From Bacteroidota bacterium (lineage in GTDB: Bacteria; Bacteroidota; Rhodothermia; Rhodothermales; UBA10348), in contig JAQBZH010000001.1 in NCBI GenBank assembly GCA_027622005.1, forward strand, positions 24,329 to 88,328: a stretch of 64,000 nt of DNA. The letters run 5' to 3'. The notes below the pieces were generated by a model that was not told where the DNA came from, ran no database searches, and worked only from the letters and a program-made list of their open reading frames with translations. Each line of letters begins with the position of its first letter. The stretch's first letter is position 1. Position numbers and translations under genes: made by a program. Below are positions 48,866-60,122 of this stretch, one piece after another.

Positions 48866-50256
48866 GGAGTATCGCTCCCATACGGCGTTTTAATATATTT
48901 CCTGGCTCGATCTTTGGAATTCGAGTGGTCTTCCATCTTTAACACTTTTCGATAAAACTCAACCGCCTGGGTCCTCTTTCCCATGCGGTCGCTTGCCATT
49001 CCAGCTCGCAGCGTGGCATTCGTCCTGAAAAAGGAATCGAATTTGTAAGCGCCTTCCAATTTAATGGCTTCCAAAAAGTGAGCTGCAGCCGAAGGGTCGT
49101 TTCCACTTAGCATGTCTTGACGCCCTAAATAATAGTGGGCCTGTGACACCAACGGATTTGCGTAGCCAGTGTGCTTGTTCGAATGATTAGAAACGACGTC
49201 CGTGAATATGGCTTTCGCTTTGTCCCATTGCCCCCATCTAAAGTAAACGCGGCCCTCCATTACATGAAATAGGGCGTTTTGAGGATATTTCTCTCTAAGT
49301 AGCGTCACAAATTCGACGCTTTTGTCATACTCGGGCTCGAATGACGTATAAATTTGAAGGAGAAAGTAGGCTGCCTCCGCCGACACCAACCGACCATGTC
49401 GGGCCGCTAACTCGAGCTGCTTAAGCCCTCTGGCTTTGTCTCCGTCGGGAAAAAAGAACATGAGTGGCCTGACCACTGGATACCGTTCGGGAATGGCCTC
49501 AGCAAAGTATTCGTAGACCCCTATCCCAAACAATAAATCAGCATTTTGCGGGTCTTTTTCAGCAATGGTAAAAATATGTTTCATCGCCGATTTACCCTCT
49601 TGAGCCGCCCGAAACCAGTTTTCGCGATCAGACTGGAGCCTTCCCCGAAACCCGTGTGCTGCTGTTTTGAAAAAGATGGCGTCGAATGGGTAATCCTTCC
49701 GCTTGAGTAATCTATCGCTCCGTTTTATCACCTCTTCCATCTGCGAATGAAACGCTTTGTCGAGCGACGTATCGTGCACTGAAAGGGTTGGTAAAATCTT
49801 CCACCACAAGGTCAAGCTCTTTAGAAACGGCCCTATTGGATGATTCGGGTACCGCTCTTCTATACGATCAAAAACGGAATCCGCCCTGCTAAATTGCATA
49901 TTGTACAGGAGCGAAAGCGCTTCGTCGGACTGGGCTAATAGCTGAGCATCACCCAGGATGGAGCCTTCAATGGGCCGAGTCCAAGCCTTAGGGAACGACC
50001 CGGTGGTCGATGAGGAATTCCCGGGACGAGGGGCCGTCTGAGCATAACTGGGTGCCAGTCCTGAACTTCCGACTAGAATGGTATAAGTAATTACCCAAAA
50101 CCAATCTTTGGGGCCAAAAAAACCAACTTTTCTGTTTCCACGGAGAGCTATTGCGGGCGGCGATCCGACAATGGTAGTAGCTGGAATTCCGAAGGAGTCC
50201 GATAGGTTAATTCGTGTACGGCATGGCTGGTTCATCCTCAATGAACAGGCAGCCAA
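48862..50256 (-). CDS. secreted or membrane-anchored TPR-like helical-repeat protein, function unknown
   Basis: 464 aa. A hydrophobic segment (WFWVITYTILVGSSGLAPSYAQ) then helical repeats. Its stop overlaps the rsmA start by 4 nt. The start codon is uncertain. Confidence 0.6.
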   Translation of the reverse strand: MAACSLRMNQPCRTRINLSDSFGIPATTIVGSPPAIALRGNRKVGFFGPKDWFWVITYTILVGSSGLAPSYAQTAPRPGNSSSTTGSFPKAWTRPIEGSILGDAQLLAQSDEALSLLYNMQFSRADSVFDRIEERYPNHPIGPFLKSLTLWWKILPTLSVHDTSLDKAFHSQMEEVIKRSDRLLKRKDYPFDAIFFKTAAHGFRGRLQSDRENWFRAAQEGKSAMKHIFTIAEKDPQNADLLFGIGVYEYFAEAIPERYPVVRPLMFFFPDGDKARGLKQLELAARHGRLVSAEAAYFLLQIYTSFEPEYDKSVEFVTLLREKYPQNALFHVMEGRVYFRWGQWDKAKAIFTDVVSNHSNKHTGYANPLVSQAHYYLGRQDMLSGNDPSAAAHFLEAIKLEGAYKFDSFFRTNATLRAGMASDRMGKRTQAVEFYRKVLKMEDHSNSKDRARKYIKTPYGSDTP

Positions 50257-50268
50257 CCCGCTCAGTTC

Positions 50269-50859
50269 CTATCCCTTTTGGGTCAGACTACGAGTTCCCT
50301 GGTAAATCAAGGTTACCAACAGGATTTTGGCCATATCGACGGGAATAAAACGAAGCCAGCCTTTGTCAAATGACTCAAACCAGGTGGCGTGTCCGCCCGC
50401 ATAGTGCAGCCATACGATACCGATCGAAAACAGGATGGCCGATCCGGCCAGGATGGACAAAAGGCTACCGGTAGCTCCATTAAATCGTTTAGATACCAAC
50501 CCAATCGCGGCAGAGGAAAGGGGGTAAGCCAGCAAATAGCCTGCTGTTACAGCGCCAAACAAATAGGCGGGCCCAAACCCATCACCTGCGTAAACAGGCA
50601 TAAAAAGTCCTAAAACAAGGTAGAGCAGCTGAGAAAGAAGACCGTTTCTCCAACCCAAATACAGCCCACTGCCATAAACGCTTAACGTCTGCAACGTGAA
50701 GGGCACTTCCCATATGTACAGCCGAAACTGCGCAAAAAACGCGGTTAAGAGTGCAAACCCGACGATTGCACCGACTTGAGTGACCACCGAGGCGGACTCA
50801 CTTCGGAGCAAATCGATGCTGGAAACCTGGGAAGAGCGAAGGGTTAATGTCAGACTCAT
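50269..50859 (-). CDS. bioY: biotin transporter BioY (ECF S-component)
   Basis: 196 aa. VPFTLQTLSVYGSGLYLG and GYLLAYP BioY-type motifs. Confidence 0.85.
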   Translation of the reverse strand: MSLTLTLRSSQVSSIDLLRSESASVVTQVGAIVGFALLTAFFAQFRLYIWEVPFTLQTLSVYGSGLYLGWRNGLLSQLLYLVLGLFMPVYAGDGFGPAYLFGAVTAGYLLAYPLSSAAIGLVSKRFNGATGSLLSILAGSAILFSIGIVWLHYAGGHATWFESFDKGWLRFIPVDMAKILLVTLIYQGTRSLTQKG

Positions 50860-50981
50860 GGCAATCCGGTTCGGAATGGGGTTGAAAGCTGGAAATTGGA
50901 CGAAAGAAAGATATTAAGATAAATTCGGAAAACCGCTTCCGCCCTTTGCGAATTTGTTATCCGATTTACGGTAGCAAAGCG

Positions 50982-53900
50982 CTATTGGTCGTACGCAAGT
51001 CTCGAACCCATCCACCGTTCCACTTCCGCGACAGACATCTTTTTGCGGGCGGCATAGGACTCGATTTGGTCTCGCGACACGAGGCCGAGGTTGAAATAAT
51101 CGGATTCTGGGTGAGCGAAGATCAAGCCACACACCGAAGAGGCTGGAGTCATGGCTAGGTGCTCGGTCAATTCGATTCCCGTTTTTTCCACCACCTGTAG
51201 GGTCTTCCAGATGGTGCGCTTCTCGGTGTGGTCAGGTTGAGCGGGATAACCCGGAGCGGGTCGAATACCGGTGTATTTCTCTGAAATGAGGTCTTCACTG
51301 GTATACTTGGGACCGTTTTCGAAACCCCAGATATCGCGCCGCACCACTTCATGCACATATTCAGTAAACGCTTCGGCCAACCGATCGGCCAACGATTTAA
51401 CCAAGATGGCTTTGTAATCGTCGAGATCGGCTTCAAACGTTTTTACTAGTTCGTCTACGCCGTGACCCGCTGTGACGGCAAACATGCCGATGTGATCTTT
51501 AACGGGGGGGCGAGAAGAGGAGCCAGGCAGAGTTCCAGAAGAGGCGCCAGACAGGGCGCTAGACGGAGCTCCAGACAGAGCTCCAGAAGGCGCAATAAAG
51601 TCTGATAATGCCCGATTGGGTTTGCCTTCGGCTTTTTGGCTTTGTTGGCGAAGCGTGTGCAATCGGCTTTGGATTCCACTCGGGTCCTCGAAAACGATAT
51701 CGTCGCCGTCGGAATGGGCAGGAAACAGGCCAACCACTCCCTTCAGGGTGACGGATCGGTTGACCTCGAGTTCGTCGAGCATTTTTTGAGCATCGTCAAA
51801 CAATTTGGAAGCCGTTTCGCCTTTGACTGAATCGGTCAAAATAGCGGGGTACTTGCCCTTCATCTCCCATGCTTGAAAAAAGGGCGTCCAATCGATGTAA
51901 GGCCGGACTTGGGCGATGGATACCTCATCAAAATCGAATACGCCGGTCCGCTTGGCGGCGGGAACAGTCGAAGCGTCAAAGGTGAGTTTTAAAGCGTTAT
52001 CCCGGGCCTGATCTAGGGTAAAGAAGACTTCTTTTTGGTGCCGATTCGCGTGGCGCTCTCGCAAGGCTTCGTATTTCTCTTCTGTAGACCGAATAAATTC
52101 GGCTCGATCGGTTTCCGACAACAAACTGTTCATTACCGTCACGCTCCTGGATGCGTCTAAAACGTGTACGACGGGGCTTTTTCTGGCGGGATCTATTTTG
52201 ACGGCGGTGTGCATCTCAGAAGTCGTGGCGCCTCCAATTAAGAGAGGAAGCTTCATGCCCCTTCTCTCCATTTCAGAGGCGACATAAACCATCTCGTCGA
52301 GGGATGGCGTGATTAGTCCGCTCAACCCAATTACGTCAACTTCGTGTTTGATGGCCTCGTCCAGAATTCGGTCGGCCGTAACCATCACTCCCAGATCAAT
52401 GATTTCGTAATTATTACATCCCAGAACGACCCCTACGATGTTTTTACCAATATCGTGGACGTCTCCTTTTACGGTGGCGAGCAGAATGCGGGGGGCTCGT
52501 TTAGTATCCTCCCCTTCCACTTTCTCGGCTTCAATGTGCGGGATGAGCCACGCAACGGCCTTTTTCATGACCCGGGCACTCTTTACGACCTGAGGTAGAA
52601 ACATTTTACCCGCCCCAAACAGGTCTCCAACGCGGTCCATCCCATCCATTAGCGGGCCTTCGATCACTTCTATGGCCCGGTTACATCTGAGACGGGCTTC
52701 CTCCGTGTCGACATCGATAAACTCGACGATCCCCTTTACCAGAGCATAACTCAATCTTTCTTCAACCGGTGCGTTTCGCCACTCGTCCACAACGACTTCG
52801 GCGCCGGATGCCTTTTGAATGACCCGCTCTGCAAGATCCACCAATCGCTCGGTGGCGTCTGGCCGTCGGTCAAACAGGACATCCTCGACCGCCGTTAGCA
52901 ATTCGGGCTCGATGTCGTCATAAACATCAATCTGACCAGCGTTAACAATTCCCATGTCCATTCCCGCGCGGATCGCATGGTATAGAAACGCGGTGTTCAT
53001 GGCGCCACGAACCGTTTCGTTGCCCCTAAACGAGAACGACAAATTGGAAACGCCCCCCGAAACCCTTGTCCCGGGAAGTTCTTTCTTGATCCATTTTACG
53101 ACCTCAATAAAATCGATTGCGTACCGATTATGCGCTGCGATACCGGTAGCAACCGCGAAAATATTGGGATCAAAGATGATGTCTTCGCTAGGAAAGCCGA
53201 CTTCTTGGGTCAAGATCCGATAAGCCCGCGAAATGATCTCTTTGCGACGCTCGAGGGTTTCGGCTTGCCCGTGCTCGTCAAACGCCATCACGATAACCGC
53301 GGCGCCGTACATCCGAGCCCTGCGGGCCTGGTGCACAAAAGGTCCCTCTCCTTCCTTCAGAGATATGGAGTTGACAATGGTCTTCCCCTGGACACACTGT
53401 AGTCCCGCCTCAATTACCTCCCATTTCGACGAATCGAGCATAAATGGCACGCGTGAGACGTCTGGCTCGCCCGCTAGCATATTCAGAAAACGGATCATGG
53501 CAGCTTTTGAGTCCAACATGCCTTCGTCCATGTTGATGTCGATAAGCTGAGCGCCGGCCTCCACTTGCTGCAAAGCGACAGAGATCGCTTCGTCGTACTG
53601 CTCGTCCTTGATGAGCTGGGCGAAACGCTTCGAGCCCGTCACATTGGTTCGCTCTCCCACATTGACAAAGTTGAGCCCCTCCCTAAACTCGAACGGCTCT
53701 AACCCACTGGTGCGCAAGGTTTTGACCGGCTTGGACGGCGTTCTAGGGGGATACTTTGCGGCGGCAGCGACCATCGCCTTAATATGGGTAGGACTCGTAC
53801 CGCAGCAACCACCCACAATATTCAGAAACCCTTTGCTCGCGTAGTCTTCGACTTGAGCCGCCATGAACGCCGGACTTTCGTCGTATTCACCAAATGCATT

Positions 53901-54761
53901 CGGAAGACCCGCATTGGGGTACAAACTCGTTAGAACCGGCGCTATCCGAGACAGAGTTTCGATGTATGGACGCATTTGGGCAGATCCAAGCGCGCAGTTC
54001 AGACCAATCGAGAGTAACTCGGGCGTATGAGCAACTGATATCCAAAATGCTTCCGTGGTTTGACCTGAAAGCGTTCTGCCGCTTTGATCTACAATGGTCC
54101 CGGAGACCATGACAGGTAGTCGCGTGTTTAGCCGATCGAACTCCTGATGAATGGCAAAAATGGCCGCTTTGGCGTTGAGCGTGTCAAAAATGGTCTCGAT
54201 CAACAGAATATCTACGCCGCCTTCTATAAGGGCAGAGACTTGCTCGGCATACGCCGCAGCCAATTCAGGAAACGATACGGGGCGAAAACCGGGGTCATTT
54301 ACATCCGGCGACAGCGACAGAGCCACATTGGTGGGCCCGATGGCTCCCGCTACAAAACGCGGCTTTTCCGGCGTCAGAAGGGTGTATTTGTCGGCCGCTT
54401 TTCTGGCGACAATCGCAGACTGCAATGCGATATCGCGGGCCGTCTCCTGCAGGCCGTAATCGGCTTGCGCTATCCGGGTAGCTGTAAAGGAATTGGTTTC
54501 GACGATGTCAGATCCAGCCTCGAGATACAACTCATGCAACTGTTGAATCAAATCGGGTCTGGTAATGACCAAAAGATCATTGTTACCCTTGAGCGGGCTT
54601 GGATGATCTTTGAAAAAATCGCCCCGAAAATCATGTTCTTCCAGCTTTTGCCCCTGAATGAGCGTGCCCATAGCTCCGTCGAGCACTAAAATGCGCCGGG
54701 ATAGAGCATCTTCAAGCAATTGTCTTCTGGAGGTCATGGGTTCCATCAAATCGAATGTCAT
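50982..54761 (-). CDS. metH: cobalamin-dependent methionine synthase
   Basis: 1259 aa. Hcy-binding (GGCCGT), pterin-binding, B12-binding ([11 protein letters not shown]) and AdoMet-activation ([12 protein letters not shown]) modules are all present. Confidence 0.97.
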   Translation of the reverse strand: MTFDLMEPMTSRRQLLEDALSRRILVLDGAMGTLIQGQKLEEHDFRGDFFKDHPSPLKGNNDLLVITRPDLIQQLHELYLEAGSDIVETNSFTATRIAQADYGLQETARDIALQSAIVARKAADKYTLLTPEKPRFVAGAIGPTNVALSLSPDVNDPGFRPVSFPELAAAYAEQVSALIEGGVDILLIETIFDTLNAKAAIFAIHQEFDRLNTRLPVMVSGTIVDQSGRTLSGQTTEAFWISVAHTPELLSIGLNCALGSAQMRPYIETLSRIAPVLTSLYPNAGLPNAFGEYDESPAFMAAQVEDYASKGFLNIVGGCCGTSPTHIKAMVAAAAKYPPRTPSKPVKTLRTSGLEPFEFREGLNFVNVGERTNVTGSKRFAQLIKDEQYDEAISVALQQVEAGAQLIDINMDEGMLDSKAAMIRFLNMLAGEPDVSRVPFMLDSSKWEVIEAGLQCVQGKTIVNSISLKEGEGPFVHQARRARMYGAAVIVMAFDEHGQAETLERRKEIISRAYRILTQEVGFPSEDIIFDPNIFAVATGIAAHNRYAIDFIEVVKWIKKELPGTRVSGGVSNLSFSFRGNETVRGAMNTAFLYHAIRAGMDMGIVNAGQIDVYDDIEPELLTAVEDVLFDRRPDATERLVDLAERVIQKASGAEVVVDEWRNAPVEERLSYALVKGIVEFIDVDTEEARLRCNRAIEVIEGPLMDGMDRVGDLFGAGKMFLPQVVKSARVMKKAVAWLIPHIEAEKVEGEDTKRAPRILLATVKGDVHDIGKNIVGVVLGCNNYEIIDLGVMVTADRILDEAIKHEVDVIGLSGLITPSLDEMVYVASEMERRGMKLPLLIGGATTSEMHTAVKIDPARKSPVVHVLDASRSVTVMNSLLSETDRAEFIRSTEEKYEALRERHANRHQKEVFFTLDQARDNALKLTFDASTVPAAKRTGVFDFDEVSIAQVRPYIDWTPFFQAWEMKGKYPAILTDSVKGETASKLFDDAQKMLDELEVNRSVTLKGVVGLFPAHSDGDDIVFEDPSGIQSRLHTLRQQSQKAEGKPNRALSDFIAPSGALSGAPSSALSGASSGTLPGSSSRPPVKDHIGMFAVTAGHGVDELVKTFEADLDDYKAILVKSLADRLAEAFTEYVHEVVRRDIWGFENGPKYTSEDLISEKYTGIRPAPGYPAQPDHTEKRTIWKTLQVVEKTGIELTEHLAMTPASSVCGLIFAHPESDYFNLGLVSRDQIESYAARKKMSVAEVERWMGSRLAYDQ
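51516..51587 (-). repeat. in-frame imperfect 12-nt tandem repeat (about 6 units) inside metH
   Basis: The minus strand reads TCTGGAGCTCTG / TCTGGAGCTCCG / TCTAGCGCCCTG / TCTGGCGCCTCT / TCTGGAACTCTG / CCTGGCTCCTCT. This encodes [24 protein letters not shown]. Confidence 0.8.
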
Positions 54762-54807
54762 TAGAGAGCGACCTTATAAATACAGCAAAACCAATTCCCG
54801 ACCTGTA

Positions 54808-55569
54808 TCATCGCAAAAATTTCAAACAGATGTCGGAAAATTCGTCGGGAGCTTCCGCGTGAAGCCAATGACCCGCATTAGGGATCGTTTCAAGGGTGGA
54901 AAACGGAAAAAGAGCTTTAATGGAGGGAATGTCAGAGTCCAATACGTAATTCGAATTCTCGCCACGAACGAACAGGGTGTCTCCGTCGAACGATTCCCAG
55001 CCCTTAATCTCGGCCAACAATTTCTCGTAGTTACGTTCAATGGCCTCCAGGTTCATCCCCCACGTGAATTCTTGGCCTCGCCTGGTCAGGTTTTTGAGCA
55101 AAAATTGGAGTACGCCTGCGTTTTTAATGCTTCTGGACATGACCTCTTCCACTTCAGACCGCGCCGTGATGTTTTTGAGGTCGACCGAGTGAAAGGCTTC
55201 GAAAATGTAGTCGTGGGACCGGGGATAACCTCTGGGGGCAATGTCCGCAATGATCAGTTTGTCTACGCGTTCGGGGTAATGCAGGGCAAAATGCATGGCT
55301 AATTTGCCTCCCATGGAGTGTCCCAACATGTGCGCCCGATTTATCCCCTCATCATCCATTAATTCGAGGAGATCTTCGCTCATTTCGGCATACGAACCGC
55401 TTTCAGCGTGCGGCGATTTTCCGTGATTTCGAAGGTCTACGGAAATCGTTTTAAACAGTAATCCGAAACGGTTTTTAGCAAGTGTTTGCCAATTGCCACT
55501 GGCGCCGAGTAGACCGTGGATCACAATGAGGGGATCGCCCTCTCCGAATGTTTGCCTGAATAACTTCAT
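54808..55569 (-). CDS. alpha/beta-fold hydrolase (YbfF-like esterase/thioesterase family)
   Basis: 253 aa. HGLLGASGNW oxyanion region, GHSMGG nucleophile elbow, and a C-terminal GHWLH catalytic His. Confidence 0.85.
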   Translation of the reverse strand: MKLFRQTFGEGDPLIVIHGLLGASGNWQTLAKNRFGLLFKTISVDLRNHGKSPHAESGSYAEMSEDLLELMDDEGINRAHMLGHSMGGKLAMHFALHYPERVDKLIIADIAPRGYPRSHDYIFEAFHSVDLKNITARSEVEEVMSRSIKNAGVLQFLLKNLTRRGQEFTWGMNLEAIERNYEKLLAEIKGWESFDGDTLFVRGENSNYVLDSDIPSIKALFPFSTLETIPNAGHWLHAEAPDEFSDICLKFLR

Positions 55570-55634
55570 CCAGACAAACTACGGCACTGGAAGATAAAAC
55601 GAGGGTTTTAAAGCCGAACGAACGCCTCTTTAAC

Positions 55635-55883
55635 CTAATCTTCCGCTTCTTCGTTGCTCGCGCAGGACGCTGTACCGCAGCTTCCGCAATGGCAATTGAA
55701 CCTAGTTTTACAACATCCCTTGCCCAACCAGCACCAAAGCACCAGGCCGATGAACAACATGGAAAACCAGCTCATCGAACCGAGTCCAAAACTGAAAAAG
55801 TTAAACGCCCAGCCATTGCCCGTGAAGGAGACGAACAAAGCGACTAGGGCAATCAAGAGGAACCAGCGTGAAGAGTCTTTCAT
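55635..55883 (-). CDS. small membrane protein with a Cys-rich cytoplasmic tail
   Basis: 82 aa. Two predicted TM helices, then GKGCCKTRFNCHCGSCGTASCASNEEAED (7 Cys plus 1 His within 22 residues). Confidence 0.55.
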   Translation of the reverse strand: MKDSSRWFLLIALVALFVSFTGNGWAFNFFSFGLGSMSWFSMLFIGLVLWCWLGKGCCKTRFNCHCGSCGTASCASNEEAED

Positions 55884-55908
55884 ATCCGTAATAAAGTTTG
55901 TCCCCGCA

Positions 55909-57363
55909 TTACGGCCGTTTTAACTCTTGAGTTGCAATTTCAAGCAATTGTTTATGGGTGATTTTTAATGCTCCTGCCTTTGGGACTGGCATTGGAAGCA
56001 TAATTTTGGGGATGGCAAACGAGGGTAACCGCGCCAATAAATGCTCTTGGAGATGTTGAAATGACCGCGATTGAGGTTCGGGCTTGGGGACGCGTTTAGG
56101 CTCGCGCTTGGGGACGCGCACCTCGATAAACGCTACGGGCTGCATTCCGTACCGAGCGTGCTCGACGGCAACTACCCGACAGGCCAATACGTCGGGGTGA
56201 CTCATAATCGCGCCTTCGATAGCGACCAAGCTTACGTTTTCGCCGCCGGTAATGATCACATCGTCAACCCGTGAGAGAATTTGGATTTCTCCGGTCGGCA
56301 GAAAGGTGGCGCGATCCTGCGAATCGAAAGTCGCTTCGAGGCGCTCTTCGTACATACCACCGCGAAACTCGCCGACATAGAGGGCCTTCGATTCAATCCG
56401 CAACCGGCCGTCAGTTCCGATGGTCAACGCGTGGCCCGGTAATGGCTTGCCGGCGTGAACAACGTCCGCGGATCTCTTCCATCGTTCGGATAGTGTTACC
56501 ATCGAAGCCGTTTCCGTGGCGCCGTACGTGGTACGAATGGGGTAGCCCAACTTCAACGCGGCATCCAAAAGTTGGCGTGAAATGGGGGCCCCGCCTACAA
56601 TCACATCTGAAATTTGCTCTGGACAAGGCCCGGTCGTCGTTATCAGGTCGCCGAGTTGGGTTGGAACCAACGAAACAACCGTTGGCGGGTCAGAGATCAA
56701 TTGGTCGCTTAGTGACGTCTGCAGGGCTTGAATACGAACGGTGGCCCCCGAAATAAAACAACGCCAGAGGATGGCGAGTCCGCCGACATGAAAACAAGGT
56801 AAACTCAATAACCAAACGGATCCAGCCCCCAGATTCAGCCTTTCAAGGCATTGGGTGGCCGAAAAGTAATGATTTTCGATAGAGTGGACGATCGTTTGGG
56901 GGGCTCCGGTGCTTCCAGATGTCAGCATGGCTGTGGCCCGTGACGTCGGACGGAAGGTGTCACCGATTTTGGAACCTGGATTGGAAGGTGTGGATCGACC
57001 GAGGTCCCGTTCAGCTTCTTCTCCACCTAGGCTCAGACGCTGAGCTCCTATCGATTCGATAGCTTGTTCTACCATTTCCTGGGGTAGCCGCGGGCTTAAG
57101 AGCAAAACCAAGCATTCGATGCGCCACAGTGCAAACAGCGAAGCCACAAGTGCCGGAGAATTCCACTCGACCAGCGCAACCGTTCGGCCGGCGTGCGCCC
57201 GAAGTCGATGCGCTTCCAATTGCACCATTTCCTCCAGATCCTGGTAGGTCCAAACACGGTCGCTGTGCCAAAGGGCCGGTGAGTCGGGAAATTGCCGCGC
57301 GCCTAAACCGATAGGGCAAGGCAATCTGTTTTCAGGCCCCTGTGGTGGCTGATTCTCTGTCAT
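55909..57363 (-). CDS. menE: o-succinylbenzoate--CoA ligase
   Basis: 484 aa. AMP-binding motifs (LTSGSTGAPQ, TYGATE, GE...RVDD). Located in the men operon. Confidence 0.85.
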   Translation of the reverse strand: MTENQPPQGPENRLPCPIGLGARQFPDSPALWHSDRVWTYQDLEEMVQLEAHRLRAHAGRTVALVEWNSPALVASLFALWRIECLVLLLSPRLPQEMVEQAIESIGAQRLSLGGEEAERDLGRSTPSNPGSKIGDTFRPTSRATAMLTSGSTGAPQTIVHSIENHYFSATQCLERLNLGAGSVWLLSLPCFHVGGLAILWRCFISGATVRIQALQTSLSDQLISDPPTVVSLVPTQLGDLITTTGPCPEQISDVIVGGAPISRQLLDAALKLGYPIRTTYGATETASMVTLSERWKRSADVVHAGKPLPGHALTIGTDGRLRIESKALYVGEFRGGMYEERLEATFDSQDRATFLPTGEIQILSRVDDVIITGGENVSLVAIEGAIMSHPDVLACRVVAVEHARYGMQPVAFIEVRVPKREPKRVPKPEPQSRSFQHLQEHLLARLPSFAIPKIMLPMPVPKAGALKITHKQLLEIATQELKRP

Positions 57364-58394
57364 TGCCGAGTTACCTCTGGCAATTGGTGAGCCTCGAGGC
57401 TGTGTCCGGGAATAGGGAGCAAGTTTTTCGAGTCAATTGGGGCAGAAAACAGCCAATTGAAAGCTGATGCTTCGGGCGGCAGGGCGACGGGGTCTGAATG
57501 ATCGTCCCGGCTCTGGGTACCCTCCTTAGGACCGAAACGCAAATACCGATAGGTTCCGAGTCCTTCCGCGCCTCCTTCAAACGAGCTAGCCAGGGCTACT
57601 AGCGCACTCATTCCCAGATGGGTCTCAAACGCGGATGCCATGACCAGCCGTTTTCCGGCTATTTCCACTTCTTTTTTGACTTCTAAAAACTCTAAAATCG
57701 CGCCAAAAAGGGCTGGTTTTATGAGAACGACATCCGCCTGGAGCCAAGATTCTGAGTTTCGATCAAAACTCTCGTCGATGCCAATTGGAATGGGATAGGT
57801 TTCCGGGTGAGATCCGTCGAAACAGCCCCGCCAAGGCTCCTCGATGAATTCGATTTGGGTCAGTGCCGAGCTTGATGCACGGAGTAAGGTGTCGGCAAAT
57901 TCCATGGCCTCCGATTTGGACCATACTCCATTCGCGTCCAATCGAAGCTTCCCATCGATCGGTAAGGTCGACAGAATTTTAGCCACTCGGTTTACGTCAT
58001 CGCGAACGCTAACTCCACCCACCTTTGTTTTTACAAAACGGGCCTGCGTGGCCTCCGACACCAGCTGGGCGCTTTCAATCACGGATCGAACGGATGGTCC
58101 AAAGGTGTCCCGAAAGGAAATGCCCTGCTTCTGAGCCTGAATCTCACGTTTTGCGCAGTCCAGGCCGAAACGAAGTGATGGGGAATAGCTGTCCACGGGT
58201 CCTGCGATCAGTTCAGACACCTCCACAAAGGTGTCTGGTCCGTACCCGTCGAGTGGTGCAACTTCACCCCAACCGAAAATCCCTTCTTCGTCCTCGAGTC
58301 GCAGATATAAGCCTTTTCGCGCCGATTGAAGGGTTTCTCCTATGCGAATCGGATGGGTGAAGGGAATACGATATTCAAAAAATCGGACGTTCAA
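57360..58394 (-). CDS. menC: o-succinylbenzoate synthase (enolase superfamily)
   Basis: 344 aa. KTKVG, LRLDANG, IEEP and IDES metal-ligand pattern. 4-nt overlaps with both neighbours. Confidence 0.85.
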   Translation of the reverse strand: MNVRFFEYRIPFTHPIRIGETLQSARKGLYLRLEDEEGIFGWGEVAPLDGYGPDTFVEVSELIAGPVDSYSPSLRFGLDCAKREIQAQKQGISFRDTFGPSVRSVIESAQLVSEATQARFVKTKVGGVSVRDDVNRVAKILSTLPIDGKLRLDANGVWSKSEAMEFADTLLRASSSALTQIEFIEEPWRGCFDGSHPETYPIPIGIDESFDRNSESWLQADVVLIKPALFGAILEFLEVKKEVEIAGKRLVMASAFETHLGMSALVALASSFEGGAEGLGTYRYLRFGPKEGTQSRDDHSDPVALPPEASAFNWLFSAPIDSKNLLPIPGHSLEAHQLPEVTRQ

Positions 58395-59290
58395 CTAGCG
58401 GTACCGAGGATCAAACCCAACGAAAGCAAAACCGAATACAGCAACAAATTTCGAGCGGTCGAGGCTAAAACCGGGTTCAAATGCTGACTTTCGGACTCGG
58501 GAACGGATCGGAGCTGGACGAACGCTTTTGCCATCATCGGAGCGGCCAAAAGCGAGAGCAAAATCCAGGCCGATGCGTCGTAAACCTGCCAGAGCACACC
58601 GGTCACGACGATCGCGGCAAGCAAGCAAGTCGCATACATTACGTGTCCAAAAGTCCTTCCTAGTCTTACGATGAGGGTCTTTTTTCCTGCGCTCGCGTCC
58701 TGGGCTCGATCCCGAATGTTGTTCACCAGCAAAATAGCCACAGCCAGAAAGCCGGGAGCTAAACCAGCAACCCAGACCACGGGCGGCCACGTCAACGTCT
58801 GAACGAAATAGGTCCCCGCAACGGCAACCGGACCAAAAAACAGAAGCACAAATCCGTCGGCTAGGCCCAAATAAGCCAGCGAATACCGTCCCCCGGTGTA
58901 GGCAAGGCCAAACCCAATCGAGCTTACACCAATGCCAACGATGGGCCAGCCTCCTCGGAGCATCAAATAGACCCCTGATAGTACGGCCAACGCGAAAACG
59001 AGGATGGTGGCTCTTTTCATTTGCGCTTGGGAAACCATTCCGGCTTGCACCATTCTCCGCGGACCTTTTCGATCCGCCCCATCGGCTCCCTTCTGAAAAT
59101 CGGCTAAATCGTTGTAGTAATTGGTGCCGATTTGAATAAATAGGGCGCCCGCGAGGGCCAAAACAGCCGAAACAAGGTGGAAATTATCGCTCTGAATGGC
59201 TAAGGCGATCCCTATAAAAACGGGGCTTGCCGCGGCCCAAAGCGTCTTTGGCCGTGCCGCCTCCCACCAAATGGCTACGCGATTTGCCAT
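58391..59290 (-). CDS. menA: 1,4-dihydroxy-2-naphthoate polyprenyltransferase
   Basis: 299 aa. UbiA-family NYYNDLADFQKGAD motif and a second Asp-rich motif (NNIRDRAQD). Confidence 0.92.
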   Translation of the reverse strand: MANRVAIWWEAARPKTLWAAASPVFIGIALAIQSDNFHLVSAVLALAGALFIQIGTNYYNDLADFQKGADGADRKGPRRMVQAGMVSQAQMKRATILVFALAVLSGVYLMLRGGWPIVGIGVSSIGFGLAYTGGRYSLAYLGLADGFVLLFFGPVAVAGTYFVQTLTWPPVVWVAGLAPGFLAVAILLVNNIRDRAQDASAGKKTLIVRLGRTFGHVMYATCLLAAIVVTGVLWQVYDASAWILLSLLAAPMMAKAFVQLRSVPESESQHLNPVLASTARNLLLYSVLLSLGLILGTAS

Positions 59291-59293
59291 GGG

Positions 59294-60118
59294 TTACGGC
59301 CGATAAGGAAACTGACCAAAATCAGGTTTACGCTTTTCGTTGTAGGCGTTTCTGCCTTCCTGGCCTTCCTCGCTCATGTAGAAAAGCAAGGTTGCGTTTC
59401 CAGCCAGTTCTTGCAATCCAGCCTGACCGTCGCAATCCGCATTTAATGCGGCCTTTAAACATCGAATGGCCATCTGCGAGTTGGCCAGCATTTCGCGGCA
59501 CCACTGAATGGTTTCAGCTTCCAATTGATCGAGTGGCACTACCGTATTGACCAACCCCATCTGCAGGGCTTGTTGGGCGTCGTAGGGACGGCATAGAAAC
59601 CATATTTCTCGCGCTTTCTTCTGTCCGACAATGCGGGCTAGATAGCTGGCTCCGAACCCGCCGTCGAACGAGCCTACTTTGGGACCCGTCTGCATGAACT
59701 TGGCGTTGTCCGCAGCAATGGTAAGGTCGCACATCACATGTAAGACATGTCCGCCACCCACGGCCCAACCGGCCACCATGGCCACAATGGGTTTGGGGCA
59801 GGTACGTATTTCACGCTGAAAATCGAGCACGTTTAAGCGCATGACGCCCGTGCCTTCCTCTTTATATCCGGCGTCGCCGCGAATGCGTTGATCGCCACCC
59901 GAGCAAAACGCATCTGGGCCCTCCCCTGTCAAAATGATGACGCCAATCTGGGAATCGTCCCTGGCGTCTTGCAGGGCAGCGCGCATTTCGGTAACGGTCA
60001 GCGGTCGAAACGCATTTCGAACTTCCGGACGGTTGATCGTTATTTTAGCAATTCCTTCGGCTTTTTCGTAGCGAATGTCTACAAATTCCCCGGCAAGCTT
60101 CCAATCTACAAGTGACAT
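59294..60118 (-). CDS. menB: 1,4-dihydroxy-2-naphthoyl-CoA synthase
   Basis: 274 aa. Crotonase fold with MenB-specific stretches ([42 protein letters not shown]). Confidence 0.96.
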   Translation of the reverse strand: MSLVDWKLAGEFVDIRYEKAEGIAKITINRPEVRNAFRPLTVTEMRAALQDARDDSQIGVIILTGEGPDAFCSGGDQRIRGDAGYKEEGTGVMRLNVLDFQREIRTCPKPIVAMVAGWAVGGGHVLHVMCDLTIAADNAKFMQTGPKVGSFDGGFGASYLARIVGQKKAREIWFLCRPYDAQQALQMGLVNTVVPLDQLEAETIQWCREMLANSQMAIRCLKAALNADCDGQAGLQELAGNATLLFYMSEEGQEGRNAYNEKRKPDFGQFPYRP

Positions 60119-60122
60119 GTAA

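Noticed and set aside
54147-55302. Two plus-strand ORFs of 180 and 214 aa
   Set aside because: They are antisense to metH and the alpha/beta hydrolase, both confidently identified. They have no motifs and an Arg/Gly-rich shadow-frame composition.
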